Positions 11,495-22,990 of a stretch of 33,676 bases of DNA are shown piece after piece. The stretch lies in NCBI RefSeq assembly GCF_006345805.1, contig NW_021836556.1, forward strand, positions 1 to 33,676. The letters run 5' to 3'. Source of the DNA: Octopus sinensis (taxonomy: Eukaryota). The notes under the pieces were generated by a model. The model saw nothing but the letters and a program-made list of their open reading frames with translations, was not told where the DNA came from and did not search any database. Every line of letters begins with the position of its first letter. Positions within the stretch are counted from its first letter, which is position 1. Position numbers and translations under genes: made by a program.

Positions 11495-12390
11495 TATGAG
11501 GTCTGAACAATAAGTATCTGGACTGTTGCCATAGCAACGAAGCTAAAGCATGCAGGGTGAAGCCGCTTGGCAGAGATTGATCTTGAACTCTATTGTGCAT
11601 GCACATTAAGTATTAGAGTTCTGGTTCACTTCTGTTGTTTACAGCAATGCGTCGAAGGAAGATGTGTAGCGTGTGATCATCACATTGATCATGACAAAAA
11701 GTTATCGTAGCGATACCTGCTCACAAAGTTGCAGAAAGTGCATGGAGAGGAGTGTATGAGCCGGACACAAGTGTAAGAATGGTTCAGGCGTTTCCAAGAT
11801 AGCCAAAAAAATGTCGATATTGACGAACGTTCTGGGAGACCCATAACCAGCAGAAGAAAAACATCACAGATGTGCGTGCAACTGTGAGAGGAAATTGTCG
11901 AACCACTGAGTTATCAGAGGATGTGCAGATTAGTTACGGTTTAGTTCAGTTCATTATCTCTGAAGATTTGGGTATGAGATGCCTATCTGTCAAATTTGAG
12001 CGATAAACTGTTTTCACCTAACCGAAAAGAAACCCGAGTTTCAGTTGCATAAGATCTGCTTGATAGTGTAGAGGACAATGAATACTTTTTGAAAACTTTG
12101 CCTAGGCTTCTGAGCAGGTATCGCCAAGTTTTTGGCAAAATTTGATGCAAGGATGCAAGTTCTCTGCTCAGCTTTCTCTATTATGGTCAATGTTACAATT
12201 ACCCGCTTCACACCTTCCTCCCAAGCACTGCTGTAAACAGCGGAAGTGAGCTTGAACGTTAAAATTTTGTGCGCATGCACAACAGAGTTGAGGGTCACTC
12301 TGTGCTCAGCGCTTTTACTCTGCGTGCTTTGGCTTCGTTACAATGGCAACAGGCTGTATAGTTACATATTTACTGATCAGACCACGTGTA
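11495..12390. mobile_element. Mariner relic built from two inverted left ends
   Basis: TIR-like ends TATGAGGTCTGAACAATAAGTAT / TACTGATCAGACCACGTG. The + strand reads HGEECMSRTQV*EWFRRFQDSQKNVDIDERSGRPITS...EDLGMRCLSVKFEP (mariner HTH and WVP-linker region). The - strand at ~12105-12190 reads EKAEQRTCI/IKFCQKLGDTCSEA (N-terminus). Confidence 0.8.
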
Positions 12391-12409
12391 GCATATGATC
12401 AATGAATGA

Positions 12410-13070
12410 GCAAAAAAGTGAGAGATAGAGACATAATCAAAGAGAGAGGGACAGAGGGTGAATAAAGAGAAAAAGTGTTGTGGTTAAAAGAGAAAACAGA
12501 GACAAAACGAATGCATAGATTATAGACAATCGGCGCAAAACAGAGTGAAAGGGAGAGTGAGAGAAGACAGCGTAGGAGGGAATGGAAGAAAGAAGATAAA
12601 GAAATAGTTACAGTTAAAGGAAGATAGAGAGATAATAATGATGGAGAGGTGGTAAGAGAGATGTAGGCATGAAGATATAAAAGCAGAGGGGAAGTGATTA
12701 GGATAAAGGTGTGCGGAAGAGAAGAGAAATTCGGTACATGATAGAAAAATGAGACTGTGAACTAGAGGAGGAACATAGAAAGAGAAAGGCAGATTATATA
12801 GGAAAGAAATAGGAAGAAATAGATATAGGTAGATAGAGGGGGGAACGGGTGAGAGTAGGAGGGAAAAGAAAGACAGGCTGAGAAATAGAAGAAAGTGAGA
12901 AATTAAGGTGGTAGAGAAAACAGAAGAAAAATAGAGAGATGAGTAGACAGATGGAAAATGAATGAAGCAGAGAAAGAAAGAAATTGTGAACTACAGACGT
13001 GGAGGGAAAGAGAGAGATGCGGAAAGACCGAAAGAGTGAGACAGAAACGGAAGCAGAAAAAAAATTAAAG
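12410..13070 (+). repeat. Purine-rich (GA-rich) low-complexity tract
   Basis: About 660 bp strongly skewed to A/G. Confidence 0.85.
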
Positions 13071-13138
13071 ATTTAAAAAAGATTTTAAAAGGCATCGTAA
13101 AAGCAGGAATAGGCTGATTTAAGCATCATTAACAGAAT

Positions 13139-13504
13139 GGAGGCGCAATGGCCCAGTGGTTAGAGCAGCGGACTCGCGGTTTCGATTCCCAGACCGGGCG
13201 TTGTGAGTGTTTATTGAGCGAAAACACCTACAAGCTCCACGAGTCTCCGGCGGGGATGGTGGTGATCCCTGCTGTACTCTTTCACCAAACTTTCTCTCAC
13301 TCTTTCTTCCTTTTCTCTGTTGTACCTGTATTTCAAAGGCCAGCCTTGTCACTCTCTGTGTCACGCTGAATATCCCCGAGAACTACGTTAAGGGTGCACG
13401 TGTCTGTGGAGTGCTCAGCCACTTACACGTTAATTTCACGAGCAGGCTGTTCCGTTGATTGGGATCAACCGGAACCCTCATCGTCGTAACCGACGGAGTG
13501 CTTC
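13139..13504 (+). mobile_element. tRNA-derived SINE family C, full length, 15-bp TSD
   Basis: A box TGGCCCAGTGG, B box GGTTTCGATTCCC; TSD CATCATTAACAGAAT at 13124-13138 and 13505-13519. Confidence 0.92.
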
Positions 13505-13700
13505 CATCATTAACAGAATAATGGACACCAACGAAGAAAAAATTATCAATACCGAAATATAGCAGTCGAAATTCACACAGATTTCGAGCAACTAACCACC
13601 TTAAAAGATGAACACAGAGAATATAATAGAATTTAATGAGTAGATACATAATTTACATTATTTACATTCGACGATATTTGTCCTCATCTTGTTTGTTGTT

Positions 13701-13746
13701 AACACAACATTTCGGCTGATATAGCCTCCAGCCTTCTTCGGGTGTC
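13701..13746 (-). ncRNA. Degenerate minimal type I hammerhead ribozyme (Penelope-like element remnant)
   Basis: The minus strand reads GACAC-CCGAAGA-A-GGCTG..CAGCC-GAAA-TGTT-GTGTT. Stems I and II are intact; the core deviates at two positions (CUGA>CCGA, GAAAC>GAAAT). Confidence 0.5.
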
Positions 13747-13767
13747 ATGGGGGAAATTTCGAACCTT

Positions 13768-13874
13768 TAGGTGTTTTCGCTCAATAAACACTCACAACGC
13801 CCGGTCTGGGAATCGAAACCACGATCCTACGACCGCGAGTTCGCTGCCCCAACCACTGGGCCATTGCGCCTCCA
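13768..13874 (-). mobile_element. SINE family C head
   Basis: Reverse complement of 13139-13230. Confidence 0.85.
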
Positions 13875-14359
13875 CACATACATATGAACTATACATACAT
13901 ACATACATACATATACATACATACATACATACATACATACATACATACATACATACATACGTACGTACATACATACACACTCGCATACAAACTCGTATGT
14001 GTGTGCGTGTGACAAATGGTCTTCTTTTTCTTACTAAATGTAAAAATTTAGCCAATCTATGAATCGCAATCAATACAATAAGTATACTGGGTACACTTTT
14101 ATCCTAACATGACAATCCTATCTTTTTATTCAAAGGTAGCATTGTTAGGCCTGCATTAACCACTGTCCCTGTAACCTTTTAAGACAGTAGGGTTCGATTT
14201 AAGGGTGATTTATCTATTCCGGCACTTCTCAATAGCACCTACCAATGACAACAACCATAAAGATCCGCTACGGCTATTGCTGTCAGCACAAAATCTCCCT
14301 TCTTCCCTTCGCAACGGTAGCAACAATAGGCACACCCGTAGCTCTTTTGATTCTCAACA

Positions 14360-14487
14360 ATATGGTTCCGGGTTCAGTCCCACTGTGTCGCACCATGGGC
14401 AAGTGTCTACTAATATAACTTCGGGCCGACTAAAGCCTTGTGAGTGGATTTGGTTGACGGAAACTGAAGCAAGCATCGTATGTGTGT

Positions 14488-14556
<69 letters not shown>

Positions 14557-14560
14557 TGTG

Positions 14561-14591
<31 letters not shown>

Positions 14592-14810
14592 ATGTGTATG
14601 TTTTGTCTGTGTTTGTCCCCAGCTCTGCTTGACAATTGACATTGGTATATTTACGTACCCGTAACTTAGCATTTCGGCAAAAGAAACGATAGAATAAGTA
14701 TCAGGCTTAGAATAAAATAATGTACTGGGGTTGATATTTTTAAACTAAAATTCTTCAAAATGCCCAGCATGGTCGCAATTTAATTAATGAAATAAGTAAA
14801 AGAATAAAGA
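14360..14810 (+). mobile_element. SINE family B, 5'-clipped
   Basis: ATGGTTCCGGGTTCAGTCCCACTG ... (TG)n ... TAACTTAGCATTTCGGCAAAAG ... tail. Confidence 0.8.
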
Positions 14811-15774
14811 ACCGTGGGTAGCAACAACTGCTACTACACGAGAAATTGTAACAATAACAGCAAAATGTACTACTGCTACTACTACTTCTACTATCCAACG
14901 ATTAAGTCTGAACGTGGTCACCTGACCTACTTGAAATAATTTCCCTCGAATCTAACACGAATGACTTAGACAAGAAAAGCAAGCACACACTGGGTATTAT
15001 AATCCTAGGTATATCATTCCCCCCACCAAAAAAGATGAAAAACAAGGTGGGCACGGACGGATTGCTTTTGATGAAAGATCTTATCGATTATTAGCATCAA
15101 ATACGACACAATGACCAGATCAACAACCGCAGTATGAATGAGAACACCCCATCGCTCGATACTACCACTAACGAGTGAACCCTTACATGGTCGTATAATC
15201 TGCTAGACATAACAACAAATGCTCGCCCAAATCACACGCTTCCTGCTTGAAAAAGTCACAGTGGACAATGAGGTCCTATATGTATTACAAGAAGGGCTAA
15301 TTATAACTGAAATGTCTTTAATAACGGGTGCCCTTAATATAGGTTAACATAGTGCTAAAGAACAATAAGGACAACTGTAATATTATCAAAAATGTAGAGC
15401 TCCGTCTACAGGTGGTCTGACACAGGTCTGCTAAGTACACAGTTTATCAATGACCAGATCAACAGATGGACCACACCAACTCTGCTCACTAGTGTGTCAA
15501 CAAGTGCAGAATGCAGAACGTATTAGGGTCACCGTTAAACTGTGCTGTAGAGGTATGTGGTGACATCAGCAATCTCATATTTTCATCAGTAACTGAGATG
15601 GAGAAGATACAGCTGCTATAAAATCAAGCCTTATTGCTATTGTTGTTGTTATTGTGGCTGTCGTCTTCGTCGCTGTAGTTGTTATTGTTGCTGGTGTTGT
15701 TGTTTAGTACCAGGTCAGTCCTTATAAAACAGAACTACGACCTGCTTTATGACGGCCAAAACAGTGACTTTGCC

Positions 15775-15950
15775 CAGTGTACCCTTAACGCAGTTCTCAC
15801 GGATATTCGGCGTGGCACAGATTGTGATATGGTTGGCCCTTTGAAATACAGGCATAACCCATTTTTCCGGTTGAATGGACTGGAGTAACGTGAAATAGAG
15901 TGTCCTGCTCAAAGATACAACGCACCGCTGGAGTTTGAACTCACGACCTT
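15775..15950 (-). mobile_element. CORE-like SINE (family D) sharing its 3' module with family C
   Basis: The minus strand has GTGAGTTCAAACTCC, GTTGTATCTTTGAGCAGGACACT, then CCTGTATTTCAAAGGGCC...GAGAACTGCGTTAAGGGTACAC, which matches 13325-13399. Confidence 0.7.
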
Positions 15951-15957
15951 ACATCTC

Positions 15958-16032
15958 AGTAACCTAGCAGTTCGGCAAAACGGTTCCGACAGAATAAGTA
16001 CTAAGCTTACAAAGAATAAGTCCTGGGGTCGA
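15958..16032 (+). mobile_element. SINE family B 3' fragment
   Basis: GTAACCTAGCAGTTCGGCAAAA...AGAATAAGTACTAAGCTTACAAAGAATAAGTCCTGGGGTCGAT. Confidence 0.7.
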
Positions 16033-16559
16033 TTATATGTAAATCAGATTACATGTAGTTTGTATAATATTTGTTAACTTGCATTATAGAAAGAAACACC
16101 CTATAAATATGTTTTTATTCATTTCCACTTTATATATACACTGATTTAGACGAAATGTACACGAAACATGGGGTACTTAATCCTACATATCCCGTAAAAA
16201 TTTCAAGAAAATCGAACAAGGAGTTTTGATTTTATTGAGGGATGATTGACCTGCATAATAAAGGGAGACATAGCGTATATATATGAAAGCAGTAATCTCG
16301 AAAATATGGCGTTGTGTTTCTTGGTAAAGAAATTGACCAACGCATAAAATTTACTATTGCCCCAAGTGATACAGAATGTAACTCTTTACCAATGTTCTTA
16401 TTTCAGATCCAGCGACGGAGCTTTGTTCGTTTGTTAGAAACCAGCCGTTTCTTTTAGAGGATCATTTGGAAGGGAACAAGAAAACTAATATATACATACG
16501 CATAGAGACAATCACTTAGAAAAACAAATAAACTGGGAGGTCCATGAATTCGATACAGA

Positions 16560-16588
16560 AAGATAGATAGGTAGAACGGTAGGTAGGC

Positions 16589-16659
<71 letters not shown>

Positions 16660-16662
16660 CTG

Positions 16663-16717
<55 letters not shown>

Positions 16718-16720
16718 CTG

Positions 16721-16768
<48 letters not shown>

Positions 16769-16771
16769 CTG

Positions 16772-16845
<74 letters not shown>
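16560..16845. repeat. (AGAT)n tetranucleotide with three periodic AGACTG interruptions
   Basis: Directly visible. Confidence 0.95.
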
Positions 16846-17164
16846 GCAGTAAAGGTATATAGACAATAGTAAATGAAATAAAAATTATGGGAAAACAGGT
16901 GGAAAGTGTGATTTGATTTAAAAAAAAAAGAAAACGGAAGGGATATGAAGGAGGGTGAATGAATATAATGAAAGAAGCCTGAAGGTGTTTAGTGTTTCCC
17001 GGGTATATCAGGGGTATATAAGGCTGTATATAGCTGTTAAAATAAATAAAGCATATCGGAGAGTAGCCCACATAAATATATACATACGCATACGTACACA
17101 TACACATATGGCCACATCCACACACAGATGTATGTGTGTGTGTTTGTGTGCGTGTGTGTGTGTG

Positions 17165-17224
<60 letters not shown>

Positions 17225-17231
17225 TCTTTTT

Positions 17232-17463
17232 AAGTCGGTGTGCTAGCGGAATCGTTAGCGTGTCGGACAAAATTCTTAGAGGCATTTCGTCCAACTTTGC
17301 GTTCTGAGTTCAAATTCCACTGAGGTAGACTTTTTCTTATATCCTTTCTGGGTCGATAAAATATGTATCCACTGAGCAGTGGAGTCGATATAATCGACTA
17401 ACCTTTTCCCTCCAAAAATTTTCAGGGATCGTGTGTATAACAGAAACGATTATTATTATTATT
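17232..17463 (+). mobile_element. SINE family A, older subfamily with (ATT)n tail
   Basis: GAATCGTTAGCG...TCTGAGTTCAAATTCC...GGGTCGATAAAAT...GAAACGATTATTATT. Confidence 0.75.
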
Positions 17464-17862
17464 TGATTTCCATAGTGCGAAGATTTCGCGTCTCTTCTCT
17501 CAGCGACACACGATTTATTCATGCATTACCAAATAAAATTTTCTTTGAGCCACTTGTAAGAAATCTGTAATTATCTAAGAAAGGCCTGCCTCCGATAACC
17601 TGACATAAAAGGAAAATATTGAGAGTATTTCCAAACATCAATTTTTAGAAGAATTCATTATATTTTCGCATCCAAATGGCAAGCAGACATACTTATATTA
17701 TTATGATAAGAACTGCAATGTAGAAAGTCCAAACACACAACAGTAGAAGTTGAAAGAGAAAATGAACATTTAGTGAAGAATTTATGGAAAGCAATTCTCC
17801 TAATACTAAAATAAGTAGTTTTGGAGGAGACAGCAACAGTAGTAACAATATAACAGCAACAG

Positions 17863-18050
17863 TGGAGGCGCAATGGCCCAATGGTTAGGGCAGCGGACTC
17901 GTGGTCGTAAGAACGCGGTTTCGATTCGCAAACCGGGCATTGTGAGTGTTTATTGAGCAAAAGCACCTAAACTCCACGAGGATCCGTCGGGATGGTGGTG
18001 AACCCTTCTGTACTCTTTCACCACAATTTTCTCTCACTCTTTCTTCATAC
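17863..18050 (+). mobile_element. SINE family C, 5' part
   Basis: GGAGGCGCAATGGCCCAATGGTTAGGGCAGCGGACTCG ... CTCTCACTCTTTCTTC. Confidence 0.85.
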
Positions 18051-18101
18051 TTCTGCCACAAAGCAGAGGAACCATGGTGTATATATATGAATATATATAT
18101 A

Positions 18102-18148
18102 TAAGTATTTCGCCCGACGTGCTAACAACTGTACCGCCTCGACGCCTT
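18102..18148 (-). mobile_element. SINE family A head fragment
   Basis: TAAGTATTTCGCCCGACGTGCTAAC...CGCCTT followed by (AAT)n. Confidence 0.6.
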
Positions 18149-18160
18149 AATAATAACAAC

Positions 18161-18194
<34 letters not shown>

Positions 18195-18997
18195 GTGAAG
18201 AAGAATCTTGTCGTGTACACACAGTGTATACACACACTCACACATGCGCGCGCGCTAATATTGAACTGTGCTTTTACGTAAAGAGAAATCTCACAACAAT
18301 TGACAAGCCCGCCACCTGAAAAAAGGAGGTACCCGTTTCACCATTAAACATATCCTTTGAAGTATAGTTATTCCGTATATTTCGTCTGAGTTGCTCATTC
18401 TTTTGTCATTCTCATTATTCTGCTGTGTATCAGTTCTTGGGCAGATGGAATCTTGACACTGGCAACGTAATTGTTCACAAAATATCACAGAAAATACGAC
18501 GCTATTGTTCACAAAATCCTTAACACAAAAACAAGTAAACAAATGATATCTGAATGCTTATGGCTTGTGCAACAAGATAAAAATATTGAGACCGTCGGTG
18601 ACGTCTCATGTGTCAAATACTTCGTTGGTGGGACGGCAAAGCCTAGAGGCAACTGATTCGTTTACCTTCGTGTGAGGTGGGACGTCAGTCAGTTGGTGCA
18701 GTGCTATGGAGAGCAAATAGATGCTGGAAATGAGGAATTTGTTTGCATTTGTTGCGATAGTGATGATGGTTCTCATTGCGATGATGGCGGGGAAACGCAT
18801 TTCAGAAAATACTTACACACCTACGCCTACACACATTCATAAAGAAAACATTTTTAAAACATCTAAGTACACGAGTATGAAAAAACACAGACACACACAC
18901 ATATTGGCAATGAAATACACTCGTGCCGCAAAAAGTACATCATAATTTCATATTGTGTCTCAGTTGTGATATTTTCCAGAAAATATGTGTAAAATAT

Positions 18998-19233
18998 GTG
19001 TTTATTGAGCGAAAACACCTAAAGCTCCACGAGGGTCCGGCAGGGAGTGGTGAAGACCCCTGTTGTACTCTTTCGCTCCAACTGTCTCTCACACTTTCTT
19101 CCTATTTCTTGAGAAACGCTGTGATGGACTGGCGTCTCGTCCAGCTGGGGAGGGGGAACACATACGCCACAGAAACCGGGAAATCGGGCCCATGAGCCTG
19201 GCTAGGCTTGAAAAGGGCGAATAAATAAATAAA
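18998..19233 (+). mobile_element. SINE family C variant with an alternative 3' module and (AAAT)n tail
   Basis: Matches the C body up to CTTTCTTCCT, then switches to GATGGACTGGCGTCTCGTCCAG...GCCACAGAAACCGGG. Confidence 0.75.
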
Positions 19234-20049
19234 AGGTAAGAGAGACGATGCATTCAAGTAGAAATAGTATGCAGTATTCATGTCAGACTTAGTTATCTCC
19301 CTTCACGTTAGTCTCGACTTTCCAGTTACTGCCACATAAGACGCTGCGAGAGTATCTCGTCCGGGTTTATATATTTCTTTGTATCGCTGCAGAGGAGGTT
19401 CATGTCTCAACCCCGTCAGTGAGGAATCATGTTTCTACCGCTGCAAGGTCGGTCAGTGTTTCTCATCTATACACAAAGACTGGTAGTGCTCTTCGTGTTG
19501 ATCTCCCATTCTCTCCAAATTAACTACTACTTGGTTGATGGAACCATTGTACATTTTGGTTTTTGCAAGAGGTTTTGATCATTAACAAAATTTTGATTCA
19601 ACGTTGATTGACAGTGGAACTGGAACTGAAGAGGCGGAATGTTTGGTTTTAATACTTGCGTTAAGATCTATGCTGCTTGTTTGCTTATGAGAGCGGAGAG
19701 AGAAGGACAGAGAGAGAGAGAAAGGTGAGAGAGAGATAGAGAGAGAGAGAGAGGGCATATGTGTAGAAGACAAAAGAAAACAAAAACTACAGAGAGCAGA
19801 TAAAGAGACAAACGTAGAAATCACTGGACATTCGTATAAATACAGGCGGGTAGGTGTGTAAGGAGATGCAGTGAAGATATACTTCTGTAGGTAGGTAGGT
19901 AGGTAGGTAGGTATGTCGGTAAGAAAGGGTAGTTAAGTAGGAAGATAGGTAGAAAGATTACTAGGCAGATGAGTCGGTAAATATATAGCTAAAGTGATTG
20001 TTACAGAAGGGCCAAGTAAGAAGATAGTGATAGAAAGAAAGAAATTGAC

Positions 20050-20125
20050 AGTGGATATATATATACATACATACATATATCTGTGTATGTATGTATATAT
20101 ATATTATGCATATGTATATACAATT

Positions 20126-20162
<37 letters not shown>

Positions 20163-20244
20163 GGGGCGTGGAGTGGGTGTGTATGTATATGTATATATGT
20201 ATATAATTATTTATTATGTATGTGTGTGTATGTATATGTATATA

Positions 20245-20278
<34 letters not shown>

Positions 20279-20680
20279 CTATATAGATATATATAAATGT
20301 GTGTATGCATATGTATATATGTATATATGTATATATATATTATATATATATATATATTATATAAAGAAGGTTATAGTAGATAAATAGATAGATAGATATA
20401 GATAGATAGATAGATAGATAGATATATAGATAGATAGATACAGATTTATGAAACACGCGTGTGGTATGAAGCATGTATATGTATGTATATAAATATATAT
20501 ATGTATGTATATATCTGTAAATATGTGTTGTGTGTGTGTGTGTATATACGTGTGCGTTTGTAGATAGGTATATTTATCTGTATACGGATACACACATATA
20601 GTGTATATATATATATATATATATACATATATTTTTTTATGCACACATACACACACACATACACACACACCACACACACA
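20050..20680. repeat. Compound (TA)n/(AGAT)n/(TG)n/(CA)n microsatellite field
   Basis: Directly visible. Confidence 0.95.
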
Positions 20681-20887
20681 GAGGTCTACCTGTACATTTA
20701 CTCATACGCACACCTTTAAAGGAACATGATGAAACTAATACGAAGAGATTACTGTTGAAAGCCGGAGTTTAAATGAAGAGAAAGGTTCGCAGGGAGAAGA
20801 AGGTGGAAGCTGTATTGACATGCTTTTAATAATAATACCAATATAAACGGAATAAGGATGGCATGGAATTACCAATGTAAAGAGACG

Positions 20888-21018
20888 TGGCGGCGGCGAT
20901 GGCGGCGGCGATGGCGGCGGCGATGGCGGCGGCGATGGCGGCGGCGATGGCGGCGATGGCGCGGCGATGGCGGCGGCGATGGCGGCGGCGATGGCGGCGG
21001 CGATGGCGGCGGCGATGG
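20888..21018. repeat. 12-bp GC-rich tandem repeat (GGCGGCGGCGAT)n
   Basis: About 11 units, some shortened. Confidence 0.95.
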
Positions 21019-21149
21019 CTATAGTGGTGGTGGTGGTGATTATGGGAAATATGGGTTGTTATAGAGAGAGAGAGAGAGGAGAGAATGAGAATGTGAGATT
21101 ACCAAGGTAAAGTCTATGAGAAAGATAATGGGATGTCGTAGTAGCTAGT

Positions 21150-21525
21150 AGGGGTGGTGGTGGGTGGTGGTGTGGTGGTGGTGTGGTGGTGGTGGTGGTG
21201 GTGGTGGTGGTGTGGTGGTGGTGGTGGGTGGTTGGGGAGTAGGGAGTTGATAGAGAGAGAGAGAGAGAGAGAGAGGGGGTAGAAAGAGAGAAGATTACAA
21301 ACGTAAAGTGTATCTAGAATATAATGAAACGTGATGGTGGAGTGGTGATGGTGATGGTGGTGTTGGTGGTGGTGGTGGAGGATGTGGTGGGGGGGTGATG
21401 TGGTGGTGGTGGGGGGGGTGGAGGTGGTGGTGGTGATGGGTGATGGTGGTGATGTGGTGGTGGTGGTGGTGGTGGTGGTAGAGGTGGAGGTGGTGGTGGT
21501 GGTGATGGTGGTGGTGGTGTTGTTG
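21150..21525. repeat. (GGT)n G-rich tracts with (GA)n
   Basis: Directly visible. Confidence 0.9.
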
Positions 21526-22332
21526 AGATGACAGAGAGGAAAATTAGAAAGAGAAGAAGACGTGTGCACGCGCGCGCGAGTGCGTGTGTGTGTGTTTAAA
21601 GAAGAGATAGAGAGAGGGAGGGAGGGAGAGAGAGAATGGTTTATTGGAACACGGAATGAGTATCTTTTAGATCCCAATTTTGGTGCATTAATGTGGGACA
21701 GATGCAAAAAATTACATCGAATATCGTTGCTTGTTTGATGTGCGTGTGTGTGTGTATGTGCATATTTGTGCTCATAGAAACAGGTATGTGTTTGGATTTA
21801 AGGTAAGAGTGGGTGAGCTCGTATTATTTAATTTGTGTCACTGTGTGTGTATGTGTGTGTGTGTGTGTGTGTGTGCGCGTTCGAGTAGTAAAGGTTGAGA
21901 AGGGAAGAACGCATGCGCCATTGAAGTAGACTAGGCTTTTAAATGGCGCATTTATTATACTTCAACTTACTAAGCAATTTTAACATACCAATCAAAATTC
22001 AAACAAACCCACCATATTCTGGTAGGTAGAGGGCATATGTTTTCATTCCCTATTCATTACAAAATTGGAATATCTCTGTCTAATTCGTCCTGTGCGACGT
22101 CTTTTGGTTGAATCCATATTTTTGTACATTGGTGAACCAACGAAGTTCAGACTCGCACACTTCTGATATGAAAGTTTTAAGCATTATTTCGACGTTGCAG
22201 GATTTCTTCAACGCTTTTTTCTTTTCGAAATTCAATAGGAAACCATTCAAAGGACGAAAACATCGGTAGAAATACTAACAACATTAATAGTCAGAACAAC
22301 TACAGCAGCGTTGACAGCATCATCAACATCTC

Positions 22333-22373
22333 ATCTCAGATCAGGTCACTTGCTATGCAAGTACATCTCCGTA

Positions 22374-22414
<41 letters not shown>

Positions 22415-22569
22415 CAGGAAGACAGTCAGATAATCATTAAGAGTAAAGAATATGGCCATAAAATTTAAGAATGATAAGTACATCATCATCATCATCACCA
22501 TCATCAACGATGTATCTTAAGTCCAGTGTTTTCATATGTAGAAACTCTGTATATTTATGTATGTTTCAT
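22333..22569 (+). repeat. ~235-bp local duplication; copy 2 is 23381-23458 + 25352-25515, split by a LINE
   Basis: Near-identical ATCTCAGATCAGGTCAC...(CA)n(TA)n CAGGAAGACAGTCAG...ATGTTTCAT in both copies. Confidence 0.93.
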
Positions 22570-22683
22570 AAACCGAGTGCTTCCATAACATGGCTCCTTT
22601 GCAGAAATGTACAATGTAGTGGTGCTATTGTTATTAATAATAATACTGCTTAACTGCTTATGGTACACAGAACAATATGATCT

Positions 22684-22971
22684 ACACGAGTTTGTATTAT
22701 TTGTTCCTACGTACGTCTCACCATTCTGGTTGTTTCGAATTCTGCACTGGATGTTCTAACTGCAATTAGGTGCTTAACTACATCGCATCATCAGGAGAAG
22801 ACATTTTTGTTTTATGTTGCAGAGAATTAGCTCTCTACAACAAGCGCAATGAGGTGTTTCCCGATGAACTGTTGTGATTAAGAATCCAGTTGCACTTTGA
22901 ACATTCAGCGCTGTATTCCAAACAACCGTAATGGTGAAACGTACTTAGGAACAAATTATATAAACTTGTGT
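22684..22971 (+). ncRNA. Long imperfect foldback (candidate hairpin RNA, or an ancient foldback element)
   Basis: 22684-22798 and 22857-22971 are ungapped inverted repeats of 115 nt: 89 WC, 9 G:U. The stem continues inward to a small loop near 22825-22832. The inverted repeat is certain; the RNA function is not. Confidence 0.55.
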
Positions 22972-22990
22972 TTAACGTCATTTCTCCTTT

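Noticed and set aside
13139-13200. tRNA gene
   Set aside because: A and B boxes are present, but this is the head of a TSD-flanked SINE with other copies in the window.
15437-15545. Inverted repeat ACACAGTTTATCAATGACC / GGTCACCGTTAAACTGTGC
   Set aside because: Only ~19 bp with an unpaired interior, and its wobble pairs favour the minus strand. Not counted in the hairpin cluster; it is a mild counter-example.
18295-18315. 21-nt minus-strand microexon (VAGLSIV)
   Set aside because: The splice signals are plausible, but such matches are common by chance and nothing else supports it.
20858-21064. Protamine-like RRRW-repeat ORF
   Set aside because: It is a translation of the 12-bp tandem repeat.
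22770-22930. Paralogous coding exons at ~850-990 and ~22770-22930
   Set aside because: The frames examined contain stops or indels in one or both copies; inverted-repeat structure explains the similarity better.
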